From IMG/VR virus record IMGVR_UViG_3300031977_002889: 64,000 nt of DNA; one strand, given 5' to 3'. Under the pieces are notes generated by a model. The model was not told the DNA's origin and searched no databases. It saw nothing but the letters and a program-made list of their open reading frames with translations. Both the position numbers and the translations under genes were made by a program. Positions 27,146-37,236 of this stretch are shown here, piece after piece (the first letter of the stretch is position 1; every line of letters starts with the position of its first letter). The DNA is from a virus.

Positions 27146-29632
27146 TTACACAAAGAAATCTTCTAGTGTTGCTTTTTCTTCAGCTGACCACCCAACCGCA
27201 TTGAGAATAAAATTAAGTGGTTCGATGAAAGTTTTTTCAAATTGTAAATCGTAATCAACATATCGGTGTAGTTTAAATTCTTCGGGCAAAACATCTGGAT
27301 ATGCGATTACGTTTTCTTGAATTGGATTTGGAACTTTAAGATACGTGAATTTGAGGCGATCACCATTTACAACCGACTCATACTTTTTCGTAAGCTTATG
27401 TTGTTTTAAGTACTTATTGTATAAGATAGCGCCTCGAACATGAATCGGTGTACCTTTCTTATATGAACCACGTTCCATCCAATCTGTAATATTAGATATA
27501 GATCTTGGAAAACTTACTTGCTCTGGAGGTAGGTTGTTGAATTGTTGCCTAAAATCTGCGATATATTTTTGAGTTTCGGCTTCTGTACCAGACAAGATAA
27601 TTTTAAAAACTTCTTTAAATTTATCACGAACAACTTCAGGTGTAGAAGACTTAATAGCCTCAATACCCATAATCTTGAGTTTTGGTTCAGCGTATTGTAC
27701 GCCTTCGTTATTGTGGACGTTTAGGATATATCGTTTCTTTGCTGTCCAAATACCACGATCAGCAATAACTTCTCTACCCATTTCCATACGATTTTTATGG
27801 CCATTCATGTTTTTAAACAATTGTGCGTACGCTTTGGCCAATGCTGGCTCAAAGTGATCTTTACATATTTTATCTAAAAATTGAACTGGATTCTTAGGTT
27901 TTAATAACCCAACCAAAGGGCCAAAATTAACATACAAAGAATCAGTATCAATAGCAATAACATAGTCTGCATCGGTTTTTAATATTTGATTCATAGCCAT
28001 GTTCATAGCTTTTTCAGCCCATTGTATAGCAAGTTGACCAGATAGTGTTACACCCTCGGCAAGTCGCAAATCAAAATATTTGAAGTATTGATTACCCAAT
28101 GCGCCATACAAAGAGTTCATCAAAATCTTAATCGCCATTTGCTGGTTACCAAGAGTATTTATGTCATTTTGTAAACTTTCGTCTTTTGTTTTTTGATATT
28201 GTTGTTCAATAGCAAGCATCATATTTTTGATAGATCGACGTTCGTCATAGTAATCTTCAATAATACTTGGAATTACACCATCAATATCTTTACGATATGT
28301 AGAACCATTAGCTGCTACTGCGTAATTACTTTCAGTTGGAAGTCCACCATTCAAATAATGGTCAACACTATTAATTTGATTTTGACTAATCAAAGTTTCA
28401 GGTGACATATTATTTTGAACAATAATATTAGGATATAGTGAATTTAAATCGAATGATACAACCCAATCATGAGCACCAACCATAGGATCTTTCACATAAC
28501 CACCAGCGAACTTTGATTTATGTGCTTCAGGTGGAAAAGCAGGAGGTACAATTTTTTGTGAGTTAAGTTTACGATAGATGATTGATTCCCATATCGCTGT
28601 AGTACCAAATGTGTCTTGATAATTAACACCACCTTTATATGCGATAGTCATAGCCAAAGTAATAAGACCAAGTTTATCTTCAAGACGATCAACAAGTTGT
28701 ACGTCTTTCATGTTATAATCGATATATTTTTGGAAATCATCTTTATAAAGATTGCGAAGAGAACCAGATTCTTCGAACGAAAGTTTTTTCTCGCCAAGAA
28801 CTACATAAGCAATATGGTCAAGTTTGTATGATTCTTGTGGACCATACGTATAACCAAATTTTTGAAATAACTCGAGATAATCGAGAGTTTGAATACCTTT
28901 AATATCGTACACATCTTCTTCTTTACCACGACGAGTAATTTTACGATAGTCTACCATACCCCATGGAGAGAATCGTTTGATGTCATTAAGACCAAGAATT
29001 TTGGCACAACGATTAATAAGATATGGAATATCAAAGAATCGAGTATTCCAACCCGTGATAACATCAGGTGTACGAGCAGGATCTGACCACCAATTTAGAA
29101 ATTGAAGAAAAAGATCTTCTTCATCATGACATTTAGTATACAAAACAGGTTGGATAAGAGCTTTTTCAGTGTCAAAGTCACCATAACCCCAAACCCAATA
29201 CACATCAGATTTACTTGATTTTACAGTAATGGCTAAGACACGTTGATTGGCCTCGGATGGGTGTGGAAACCCATCATCGTATTCAGTTTCGATATCGATT
29301 GTGGCCACATTGATAAGCTCACGTTTAAATTCGATTTGTTTTGGAAACTTAGAAGTAATATATTGATGAATATAATTTGGATTACCAAACACAGATCTAT
29401 TAGCCACATCTTTATTTGATTCGAGCCAAACTTTGGCATCTCTCATAGAATCAAAAGAAAGCCTACCAACTTTTTGACCGTATAATGATCGCCAACCTGT
29501 ATCTTTTTCAGACATAACAAAAAACTCTGGCGAAAACTTATCCTTGCGATAAACATTTTTGCCAGAGTTATCATAGCCACGGTACAACATAGAGTTACCG
29601 TAGCGAACTACAGAAGTGTAAAAGTTAAACAT
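27146..29632 (-). CDS. gp43: family B DNA polymerase
   Basis: DIET exonuclease, SFDLNSLYP, KILMNSLYG, DTDS, KKRY. Confidence 0.98.
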   Translation of the reverse strand: MFNFYTSVVRYGNSMLYRGYDNSGKNVYRKDKFSPEFFVMSEKDTGWRSLYGQKVGRLSFDSMRDAKVWLESNKDVANRSVFGNPNYIHQYITSKFPKQIEFKRELINVATIDIETEYDDGFPHPSEANQRVLAITVKSSKSDVYWVWGYGDFDTEKALIQPVLYTKCHDEEDLFLQFLNWWSDPARTPDVITGWNTRFFDIPYLINRCAKILGLNDIKRFSPWGMVDYRKITRRGKEEDVYDIKGIQTLDYLELFQKFGYTYGPQESYKLDHIAYVVLGEKKLSFEESGSLRNLYKDDFQKYIDYNMKDVQLVDRLEDKLGLITLAMTIAYKGGVNYQDTFGTTAIWESIIYRKLNSQKIVPPAFPPEAHKSKFAGGYVKDPMVGAHDWVVSFDLNSLYPNIIVQNNMSPETLISQNQINSVDHYLNGGLPTESNYAVAANGSTYRKDIDGVIPSIIEDYYDERRSIKNMMLAIEQQYQKTKDESLQNDINTLGNQQMAIKILMNSLYGALGNQYFKYFDLRLAEGVTLSGQLAIQWAEKAMNMAMNQILKTDADYVIAIDTDSLYVNFGPLVGLLKPKNPVQFLDKICKDHFEPALAKAYAQLFKNMNGHKNRMEMGREVIADRGIWTAKKRYILNVHNNEGVQYAEPKLKIMGIEAIKSSTPEVVRDKFKEVFKIILSGTEAETQKYIADFRQQFNNLPPEQVSFPRSISNITDWMERGSYKKGTPIHVRGAILYNKYLKQHKLTKKYESVVNGDRLKFTYLKVPNPIQENVIAYPDVLPEEFKLHRYVDYDLQFEKTFIEPLNFILNAVGWSAEEKATLEDFFV

Positions 29633-29638
29633 AATATA

Positions 29639-29668
29639 ATTCTACCACAGAGTGTAAGAAAAGTAAAC
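29639..29668 (-). promoter_or_regulatory. early promoter for gp43
   Basis: GTTTAC...TGTGGTAGAAT immediately upstream of the ATG. Confidence 0.7.
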
Positions 29669-29670
29669 CG

Positions 29671-30021
29671 TTAAAGTGATTGTTTTTCTATAATTTCTGT
29701 CCAAACAGTAATACCATTACTTACCATACATCCTTCACCGCGATTTTGAGTAGCACGTACATATACAAATGTTTTATCTGAATATCTAAACCAAAGAGAA
29801 TCATAAATCCCTTGAGTTATGGTTTCTCCCATAAATACCATATCATGATTACTTGAGTTAAGATAATCAATAAGATCTTGTAAATCTCCGCACATCGCAT
29901 TAATAAGCTTAGGTGAGATTTCACCCGGTCCATACGTCCTATCTTGTGCATAAACTGGGTAACAAAAACTTAATAAGAGTGTCGTAAATAAAACTTTACA
30001 TAAGTTCGAAATGTGGTCCAT
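29671..30021 (-). CDS. hypothetical secreted/periplasmic protein
   Basis: Signal-peptide-like segment, two later Cys; follows the endolysin. Confidence 0.5.
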   Translation of the reverse strand: MDHISNLCKVLFTTLLLSFCYPVYAQDRTYGPGEISPKLINAMCGDLQDLIDYLNSSNHDMVFMGETITQGIYDSLWFRYSDKTFVYVRATQNRGEGCMVSNGITVWTEIIEKQSL

Positions 30022-30463
30022 CGATAAAAGGCCTCCGACCCTCGCTTCGACGAAGATCTATGTATGCGTTCATAGCATCTTCGGCCGATCCAGGGTAGTC
30101 CCTAATATCTCCTTCGGACCAAGCGGCTCCCCACTTGATCGCTACTCCAAGCTCTTCAGCGGCTTGTTTGAAAGCGTCACAAATATCGTCGTATACATTA
30201 AGTTCCCAAACTACATCCGATCCATCGTATGCTACTACATCCACGGCGTGTGAATAACCGGAATCTTGAATAAGATGTTTTGATTTCATTGTTTGAGAAC
30301 GCCCCGAAGCAACAAGCTTCTCTTGTTCTTCAATCGTCCGTACTCCATATGTTACACCAAAATCTACTTTTGTGTATTCAATTGCACGTTCTACAACGGC
30401 AACCATATCTGGATGTACGCCTTCTAGTTTTCCACGGCTTCGTGACGATAAACTAAATCCCAT
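29996..30463 (-). CDS. endolysin, M15 L-Ala-D-Glu peptidase family
   Basis: GVHPD, GVRT, SKHL, HAVD, WG..W, DGPHFEL. Confidence 0.9.
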   Translation of the reverse strand: MGFSLSSRSRGKLEGVHPDMVAVVERAIEYTKVDFGVTYGVRTIEEQEKLVASGRSQTMKSKHLIQDSGYSHAVDVVAYDGSDVVWELNVYDDICDAFKQAAEELGVAIKWGAAWSEGDIRDYPGSAEDAMNAYIDLRRSEGRRPFIDGPHFELM

Positions 30464-30495
30464 AGTAATTTCCTTTGATTGTTGCTATTAATGTA

Positions 30496-30503
30496 TATTT
30501 ATA
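30496..30503 (-). promoter_or_regulatory. late promoter for the endolysin
   Basis: TATAAATA. Confidence 0.7.
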
Positions 30504-30510
30504 TCAGATG

Positions 30511-30534
30511 AAAAAAGGGGCAATATTGCCCCTT
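30511..30534 (-). terminator. intrinsic terminator
   Basis: AAGGGGCAATATTGCCCCTTTTTT. Confidence 0.75.
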
Positions 30535-30537
30535 CCA

Positions 30538-30774
30538 TCATTTTTCTTTTGTTGTTACAAATTCATAAAGTTTGTCAGCTTGTGCTTTAATTTCGTCAGG
30601 TGTAATTGCCTTTGGAATATAATTTTTATAAGCTTCTAATGCTTGTTCAGCATTGTCTTTATACATGTCCATTGCTTTATAAGCAACTTCCATTTGAATA
30701 TCGTATTGTTTGTCAAGCATTTCTTTTGCCATATTCAATACATCATAACGAATTTGATAAGGGTTATTTGCCAT
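30538..30774 (-). CDS. hypothetical protein
   Basis: GGAGG RBS; NPYQIRYDVL...A.KLYEFV. Confidence 0.7.
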   Translation of the reverse strand: MANNPYQIRYDVLNMAKEMLDKQYDIQMEVAYKAMDMYKDNAEQALEAYKNYIPKAITPDEIKAQADKLYEFVTTKEK

Positions 30775-30809
30775 TTTGGCCTCCTGTGTGTTGTGTGTAG
30801 GAGAGGAGC

Positions 30810-30995
30810 TTAACGCTCCCCTCTAAGTGATTTTACTTGCATCATACAATGTTTTGCTTCTTCGTGCAAACCCATATTAGCAAGGTGTGCTGCGGCTCTG
30901 CTATATCCTGCTATTTCACAGAAATTATTAAAGCCTGACCAAAAACCTTGAAGAGGTGCGAATGTGTATTTCATTACTGTATCCATTACACCCAC
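30810..30995 (-). CDS. small hypothetical protein (possibly DUF1127-related)
   Basis: Coupled to the DUF1127 gene; GYSRAAAHL. Confidence 0.5.
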   Translation of the reverse strand: MGVMDTVMKYTFAPLQGFWSGFNNFCEIAGYSRAAAHLANMGLHEEAKHCMMQVKSLRGER

Positions 30996-31237
30996 CCCGT
31001 TAGGTTTTGATTTATTGATCTTTTCATATCAGTATCACCTTTAGCGATAGAACGAATATCGCCTCTGGCAATTCCAATGTCATTCAATTCTTTATCAGTC
31101 AACTGTGACAATTCTTTCACAGTTTGATTGAATTCTCTGTTGCGCTTTACATATGCGTTCCAAGATCGAAGAAAATCGAAAAGACCTTCAAGCGGTTTCG
31201 TTAAGAAGCTGCTTACTTCCAGTACTAGTTGAGTCAT
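30986..31237 (-). CDS. DUF1127 (YjiS-like) small protein
   Basis: ELSQLTDKELNDIGIARGDI signature. Confidence 0.85.
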   Translation of the reverse strand: MTQLVLEVSSFLTKPLEGLFDFLRSWNAYVKRNREFNQTVKELSQLTDKELNDIGIARGDIRSIAKGDTDMKRSINQNLTGWV

Positions 31238-31661
31238 TTGTTAATACCCCGTTAATTGAAATTTTACGGGGACGCTTCTCTTCAGGAAGAATTCGCTCCA
31301 AGTGAATTGTAAGCAATCCATCTTCCAGATCAGCTCCGGTGACTTCTACAAATTCAGAGAGCCTAAATGACCTCTCGAATTTACGACCGCTAATGCCCTT
31401 GTGGACATAAAGTTCTTGATTCCGACGTTTTTCTCTATCACCTCTAACAGTAAGAATACCATCATGCATAGTAATATCAATGTCTGATTCTTTAAATCCG
31501 ACAACAGCAAGTTCAATGAGATACTCGTCTTCAGTATTTTTTACTACGTTATGAGGTGGATATTTCCCGTGCCGATGATCAAATGTCATTTGCTCGAGTT
31601 CGTTAAAGATGTGGTCGAAACCCACGAATGCTCCACGAGGGAAGCTAAAGTTAGTAGTCAT
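31188..31661 (-). CDS. small heat shock protein Hsp20 (IbpA-like)
   Basis: VGFD, YPPHNVV, HKGISGRKFERSFRL, GLLTIHL; AGGAGG RBS. Confidence 0.93.
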   Translation of the reverse strand: MTTNFSFPRGAFVGFDHIFNELEQMTFDHRHGKYPPHNVVKNTEDEYLIELAVVGFKESDIDITMHDGILTVRGDREKRRNQELYVHKGISGRKFERSFRLSEFVEVTGADLEDGLLTIHLERILPEEKRPRKISINGVLTNDSTSTGSKQLLNETA

Positions 31662-31712
31662 ATTTGACCTCCTATTAAGTAAGGTTGTAGATGGACCCAT
31701 TATTGGCATCCA
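31662..31712 (-). promoter_or_regulatory. ROSE-like RNA thermometer candidate
   Basis: 5' hairpin then CCUUACU-UAAU-AGGAGG sequestering the SD of hsp20. Confidence 0.5.
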
Positions 31713-31757
31713 TACATTATATATAATTATTAATTTTTAAAAGTACATAGGCTGGAA

Positions 31758-32171
31758 TTAATTTTTATTGCCAATGTTATATTTAGGACATAAATTCCAG
31801 TTATCTTTATCTTTATACGAAATAATTTTAATTTGACGAAGCGGTGCCAATTCTTGTAGATTATTTTGAGATTCAATTGTAATGAGACCCCAATCACTCA
31901 TAAGCTGAGCAATTGTATTCCTACGTGCAATGTCATTTTCTTCTAAATTGGATTTTTTTCCGTCAAGTAAAAATAATTCTTTGAAATGTACAATAAAATA
32001 TCGACCTTGTTTATGTAGAATATGACAAGATTGATATAATTTATTATCTTTACGTGAGGCTACACCGATGCGAGTTAGTGTTTCTCTTACTTTAAGAAAA
32101 TCATCTGGCTCGTTGAGTGTGACTTCTAACATAGAAGCAGGTGTCCACTCGACTATATTATTTTCTTCCAC
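31758..32171 (-). CDS. regA: translational repressor RegA
   Basis: DDFLKVRETLTRIG, CHILHKQGRYFIVHFKEL. Confidence 0.96.
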   Translation of the reverse strand: MEENNIVEWTPASMLEVTLNEPDDFLKVRETLTRIGVASRKDNKLYQSCHILHKQGRYFIVHFKELFLLDGKKSNLEENDIARRNTIAQLMSDWGLITIESQNNLQELAPLRQIKIISYKDKDNWNLCPKYNIGNKN

Positions 32172-32547
32172 CTTTATAAACCTTCTTTTTCAATATATTT
32201 AGTTGTTCTTTTGTAAGAAGGGACAAGGCTTGTTTAGCTTTTTCATCATTATATCCATAATATTCCTTGACTACTTCCACATCACTTACGATCTCGGGTT
32301 TATTCCATTTTGAGAATCGTTTCTTTTTTCTAACTATATTTATAAGAAAATCGTTTTGTAACTTATTGTCAAGGTGGTGGTTTCGATTCATCTCATTTGC
32401 TATTAATACAGTATCAGCAAAATAAGAGAGTCCACGATTAACCATAAAAGAATTATATTGATTTTCACTTATGTCATCAACTATGATATTATTTTTACCA
32501 TAGTTAATTTCTTGTAAAAAATCGAAAGGACTACGAGAATTCGACAT
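32158..32547 (-). CDS. gp62: clamp loader small subunit
   Basis: YNSFMVNRGLS, KKRFSKW, KEYYGY; synteny. Confidence 0.92.
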   Translation of the reverse strand: MSNSRSPFDFLQEINYGKNNIIVDDISENQYNSFMVNRGLSYFADTVLIANEMNRNHHLDNKLQNDFLINIVRKKKRFSKWNKPEIVSDVEVVKEYYGYNDEKAKQALSLLTKEQLNILKKKVYKGGRK

Positions 32548-33454
32548 TAGCCATAATCTCTGTTAAACATGCAACAATATTCAATTCATGATCAGCAACG
32601 AAAGCATTCTTATATTGATAATCTGCCAATATGAGAACGAGTTGAGGAATTGATTGTGGATTTAGTTGATCATACATACGATCATAAATGCCTCTAAATA
32701 TAGCAGACGAATCTGTGTCTACATTATTGGCTACCCACTGTCTCATCTTTTTGAAATCTTTAGTCTTAAGATATTTAAATAAATCATCAAAAGAATGACT
32801 AGAAGCAGTTGTCGTAATAGATCCTACGACACTATATTTTTGTAGTTCGTTTAAGATACGTCTCCAATCTGGAGCAAACTTCATGATAAGATCTACGACT
32901 GCTTGTTGTTCATAACTTACACCTTCACGTTCTAAAATAACTTTAGCCCGTTTCATAAACTCAGCACATAAAGGCTGTAAGTCTTTTTTACTTGTATTAA
33001 ATTCAAATACAGCGCATCTTGAATGCAATGGTTCAATAATACGATTTTTAAAATTACAAGTAAGAATAAATCTACAATTACTACTAAACTCTTCAATAAA
33101 TCCACGAAGAGCTGGTTGAGTAGATTGCGCATTAAGATAATCAGCTTCATCAAGAATAATAACTTTGTATCCACCTTGTAAAGAAACAGTACTCGCAAAT
33201 TGTTGTAGAGTAGTTCTCAGTGTATCAATATTACCAGATTTTGAAGCGTTGATTAGAATATAATCTAATTCAAGTTGATTACACATGGCCATTGCTGCTG
33301 TGGTTTTACCAAGACCAGCAGTGCCTGTAAATAACATATTTGGCAATTCGCCATTATCAACTATTGCTTGTAGTTGATTTTTAAGAGTCTGTGGCAAAAT
33401 TGTTTCTGCCACAGACTGAGGACGGTATTTTTCAACCCACAAAAATTCATTCAT
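32531..33454 (-). CDS. gp44: clamp loader AAA+ subunit
   Basis: LWVEKYRP, GLGKTT, DEAD, SRC. Confidence 0.96.
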   Translation of the reverse strand: MNEFLWVEKYRPQSVAETILPQTLKNQLQAIVDNGELPNMLFTGTAGLGKTTAAMAMCNQLELDYILINASKSGNIDTLRTTLQQFASTVSLQGGYKVIILDEADYLNAQSTQPALRGFIEEFSSNCRFILTCNFKNRIIEPLHSRCAVFEFNTSKKDLQPLCAEFMKRAKVILEREGVSYEQQAVVDLIMKFAPDWRRILNELQKYSVVGSITTTASSHSFDDLFKYLKTKDFKKMRQWVANNVDTDSSAIFRGIYDRMYDQLNPQSIPQLVLILADYQYKNAFVADHELNIVACLTEIMANVEFS

Positions 33455-33474
33455 TTACATTCTCCATTACAAAA

Positions 33475-33503
33475 ATTATATCACAGTTAGTCAAGAATGT
33501 AAA
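33475..33503 (-). promoter_or_regulatory. early promoter for gp44
   Basis: TTTACA-17-TATAAT with TG. Confidence 0.7.
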
Positions 33504-33722
33504 TTATTTTTCTTCATCTCCAGTTTCCATTGCTTCTTCTTGCTCAATTTGCTCAGAAGTCTGAATAATGAAAATACATTGATCACGAAGTTGACCAATA
33601 GTGGAGAGTTCTTCTCCTTTAAAAGCGCCACGTTGTGTCATAGCGTCGATGACTGCCACCGTACTACGGCTCGCTTTGTTTGCATTGTCGCGCAGCTGTG
33701 CGTAAAGTTCTTTAGAACCCAT
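33504..33722 (-). CDS. hypothetical protein between gp45 and gp44
   Basis: GGAG RBS; IDAMTQRGAFKGEEL. Confidence 0.65.
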   Translation of the reverse strand: MGSKELYAQLRDNANKASRSTVAVIDAMTQRGAFKGEELSTIGQLRDQCIFIIQTSEQIEQEEAMETGDEEK

Positions 33723-33723
33723 A

Positions 33724-34401
33724 TTATACTCCATATGTTGAGGATTTTTCGAGTGCAATCCAATATTGAACGTTCATTTCTTTATGTTTAAACTCAGAAA
33801 TAAGTTTAGATGAGATACCTACCGTATAATCACCAGGTAGGATTTTTAGATTATTAATGCTTACAATAAAATTAAATGTAGCATCAGGTGGAAACTCGCC
33901 ATCTACATCGATCGAAAAAGCATTTGATGTTGAGTTTTTGCTATCAACTACTGATAAGCTTAGTACACCATTATTATTTGTAATGGATACTTCACCATGT
34001 CCAAGAGTTGAAGCTGCGCGCTTTAGTTTATTAAGTGTTTCATTAGTTAACTCAAACGTCACATCAGTGGCAGGCATTGTTACATCCTTGCCTGGGGCAG
34101 TCAATGTTTCTTCAGCTGAATAGAAATATTTGACTTTAGATCTACCAGTGGAATCTGCCACGATTACATAATCATCCTCAAATTTAAGTTGAGGAGTATC
34201 TACGAGACCGAGAACACCAATAAATTCATTGAGATCATAGACACCAAAATCTTTTGGAAAGTCTTCATTTACAGAAGCACGAGCAAATACATTACGTGCC
34301 TCACTAATTGTTTTGATTGTTCTGCCTTGTCGAATAATGATATTAGGATTAATACCAGAAAAATTCTTTAGTACACTTAGAGTATTTTCATTCAATTCCA
34401 T
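33724..34401 (-). CDS. gp45: sliding clamp
   Basis: LKNFSGIN, FGVYDLNEF, YWIALE; synteny. Confidence 0.95.
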   Translation of the reverse strand: MELNENTLSVLKNFSGINPNIIIRQGRTIKTISEARNVFARASVNEDFPKDFGVYDLNEFIGVLGLVDTPQLKFEDDYVIVADSTGRSKVKYFYSAEETLTAPGKDVTMPATDVTFELTNETLNKLKRAASTLGHGEVSITNNNGVLSLSVVDSKNSTSNAFSIDVDGEFPPDATFNFIVSINNLKILPGDYTVGISSKLISEFKHKEMNVQYWIALEKSSTYGV

Positions 34402-34427
34402 TATATAACTCCATTAGAATATAGATT

Positions 34428-34457
34428 ATTATACCACATTTTTACCATTTTGTAAAC
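34428..34457 (-). promoter_or_regulatory. early promoter for gp45
   Basis: GTTTACA-17-TATAAT with TGTGG. Confidence 0.75.
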
Positions 34458-34459
34458 CA

Positions 34460-36178
34460 TCATGCTGCCATCTTACTAAAATTCTTTTCCTTTTTAAACT
34501 CAATTTTAGATTCAAATTTGCCATCAAGTATATCACCTTTATGAGATATAACAAATACGTTAGTATCGTCAGAAAGCGTATGTAATATTTTCAACAAGTT
34601 TTCTACTCCATCATGATCAAGACTAGAATCAAACGTTTCATCTAGTATCAATAAATTAGTAGCCACAGAATTTTTCATCTTTGCTATATGTCTCCATGTA
34701 AATAGCAATGAAAGATCGATTCTTTGTTTTTCACCTTCACTAAACGAATCATATGTAAATTCATCTCTATGACGAGATCGAATAGTTTCTTTAAATTCTT
34801 CGTCTAAATCAAAGTGAACAAAGAAATCGAGAACCTGTAGGTACTGATTAACGAGTTTATTTATAACTGGTAAATACTGTTTAATAATTTTAGTTTTAAT
34901 TCCAGTATCTTTGAGCATTTCACTCATGACCATATTATAATTTAATCTATCTTTATAAGATAATTTTTTATCAAGTAAATTATCTTTAAGATCTTTTAAA
35001 TTTTCGAGATCTGTTTTTGATTTAGCTACATCACCATCATTGCTGCGTATTTGTGATATGGAAGAGGTGAGACCTTTAATCTGTCCTTGCAACCGTACGA
35101 TTTCTCTATTGTTGCCAGATATAAGTGAGGTTTTTTCTCTGATCGCATTAGCTGCGGAGTTAAGCCGTTCAATAGTTGATTCCACAATAGACGACTCGCT
35201 AGAGACATCGTCCAACGCTTTTTGTATCTCTGATGCTTTAGTTTTGGCGGTGGAGAGTTTCTCAGATCGCAAATCCTCGTCAATATCTTGGGAACATGTT
35301 GGGCATGTATCATTTTGTTCATAAAATTTCGAGTCTTTGACGAGCGCTGAAATTTTTTGATTGAATTCAGCTTTATACTGTAAGAGAGCTTGTTTTTTAT
35401 CGTGATTTTTCTTGAGGCCTTCCTCCAGCCCAATCGATAATTTTTCGATTTCTTCGGACGTATTGACATTTTCCAACTGTAGGTTTTCGATGGAATCTTC
35501 TGCGAGAAAGATTTGTGTTTCTTTTTCTTCAATCTGATCATTGCTTAAAGCTTCTACTTCTTTAATATATTTACGTTGAAGATCAATCTTTTCTTTTGTA
35601 ATTTCTAAATCATAATCTGTAGATTTAAGATCTTCTTTTAACTTACTAGTTTTTTCTTTTAGAAGTGTATTCATTTTTGAAAACACATTTATGTCCAAAA
35701 GATCCTCGATAACATCTCTTCGGTGCCAACCTGCAAGCTGCATGAAAGGAATGAAAGATGAGGAGCCAAGTACTACCACCTGATGAAAACTCTTATGATT
35801 GAGTTTCAAGATGTTTTGTTCGAGGATCTTTTGGTACTCTTTGGCGTGTGATGATTGATTAATCATTTTATCATTACGCCAAATTTCAAATACGTTTGGT
35901 TTAATACCACGTACAATTTTATAATAAGTAGAACCAATACTAAATTCTACTTCAACAATGCACGATTTTTGATTAATAGAATTTACAAGTTGAGGTTTAT
36001 TAATATTACGATGTGGTTTTCCAAACAAGCCAAAAGAGATGGCATCTAATATTGTAGATTTTCCAGCTCCATTTTGACCAACAACTAATGTTGATTTGGT
36101 ATTATTCAAATCGATTTCTGTAAAAGAATTTCCAGTAGATAAGAAATTTTTCCAACGTACTTTCTTAAATAAAATCAT
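34460..36178 (-). CDS. gp46: Rad50/SbcC-like recombination ATPase
   Basis: NGAGKST, CPTC hook, FSEGE, LDETFD, ISH. Confidence 0.96.
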   Translation of the reverse strand: MILFKKVRWKNFLSTGNSFTEIDLNNTKSTLVVGQNGAGKSTILDAISFGLFGKPHRNINKPQLVNSINQKSCIVEVEFSIGSTYYKIVRGIKPNVFEIWRNDKMINQSSHAKEYQKILEQNILKLNHKSFHQVVVLGSSSFIPFMQLAGWHRRDVIEDLLDINVFSKMNTLLKEKTSKLKEDLKSTDYDLEITKEKIDLQRKYIKEVEALSNDQIEEKETQIFLAEDSIENLQLENVNTSEEIEKLSIGLEEGLKKNHDKKQALLQYKAEFNQKISALVKDSKFYEQNDTCPTCSQDIDEDLRSEKLSTAKTKASEIQKALDDVSSESSIVESTIERLNSAANAIREKTSLISGNNREIVRLQGQIKGLTSSISQIRSNDGDVAKSKTDLENLKDLKDNLLDKKLSYKDRLNYNMVMSEMLKDTGIKTKIIKQYLPVINKLVNQYLQVLDFFVHFDLDEEFKETIRSRHRDEFTYDSFSEGEKQRIDLSLLFTWRHIAKMKNSVATNLLILDETFDSSLDHDGVENLLKILHTLSDDTNVFVISHKGDILDGKFESKIEFKKEKNFSKMAA

Positions 36179-37236
36179 GCTATTTCTAGTGCCTGTGCTT
36201 CTGTCATTAGTTCGCGCATTTGGACTTTGATTTTGTCTTTATCCAATTCAGTATCAACACCATCAATATAGTCATCTACTAATTCTGCAGTATCATCAAC
36301 ACGCAAACCTTCATCATCTACATTATCACCAACAAACTCACTGAAATTTTCAGAGATTTTTAATTCGTGAATATTCCTATTCTGTATTCTATCAACAAAT
36401 CGATCAAAAGTAAACCCATCATTTTTATTAATCACAGTGATTTTTACAAACTTTTCATCAAGATAAGATACATCAAAATCTTCATAGTTTTGTTTTTCAT
36501 CATCATAATAGATACGTTCAAATAAAGTATAAGGATTATGTATACGTGTTATCTCACGAGTTTCAGTATCAATAATATGGAAATATTTTTTATCACCAGC
36601 ATCTGACCAGAAAAATTCCATTTGTGATCCTAAATACCAAATATTATCTCGCTTAGAACCTACATGAAAGTGACCAGTTAAAACTTGTTCAAATTTACTA
36701 AATAGACTTGCATCCATACCATGTGTATTTTTTACACCCCTCATCATTTCAAATCCATTAAGTTCTAAATGACCTCCAAGCCAATCAGCTTCACAATTAG
36801 CCACAAACTTCATAGATTTTTCATAATTATCTTGACAAATCCAAGGAAGTAAAGCAAGTTTAAGAGATCCATATTCCATCACAGTAGGTTCCATAATAAT
36901 ATGGATTTCATTCATATAATGGCCAAGGCATTCTTTTAATGCATTTAACTCGTTTGTATTTTTATAAAACGTATCATGATTGCCAGGAATAATATCCATT
37001 GACATGCCACGTTTTCTCAATTCATCTAAGAAGTGTTTACGATTGTGATTGAGAGCTTTGAAATTAACAAACTTGCGATGATCATAGTAATCACCCAAGT
37101 GAACGATTTGCTTAATATTATGTTTATCACATTCTGGAAAGAAAATATTTTCATAAAAGTCTTGAGCATTTTTTAAAAATATTTCTGATGAATTACGAAT
37201 TCCAGCATGAGTATCATTTAATACTGCTATCTTCAT
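36175..37236 (-). CDS. gp47: Mre11/SbcD-like nuclease
   Basis: DTH, GDYYD, GNHD, GHFH. Confidence 0.95.
   Translation of the reverse strand: MKIAVLNDTHAGIRNSSEIFLKNAQDFYENIFFPECDKHNIKQIVHLGDYYDHRKFVNFKALNHNRKHFLDELRKRGMSMDIIPGNHDTFYKNTNELNALKECLGHYMNEIHIIMEPTVMEYGSLKLALLPWICQDNYEKSMKFVANCEADWLGGHLELNGFEMMRGVKNTHGMDASLFSKFEQVLTGHFHVGSKRDNIWYLGSQMEFFWSDAGDKKYFHIIDTETREITRIHNPYTLFERIYYDDEKQNYEDFDVSYLDEKFVKITVINKNDGFTFDRFVDRIQNRNIHELKISENFSEFVGDNVDDEGLRVDDTAELVDDYIDGVDTELDKDKIKVQMRELMTEAQALEIA

Noticed and set aside
35026-35541. 171-aa alternate-frame ORF in gp46 (likewise 10667-11014, 39384-39683, 50055-50372, 15962-16321)
   Set aside because: Same-strand off-frame ORFs inside conserved genes, with no RBS or motifs; explained by codon bias
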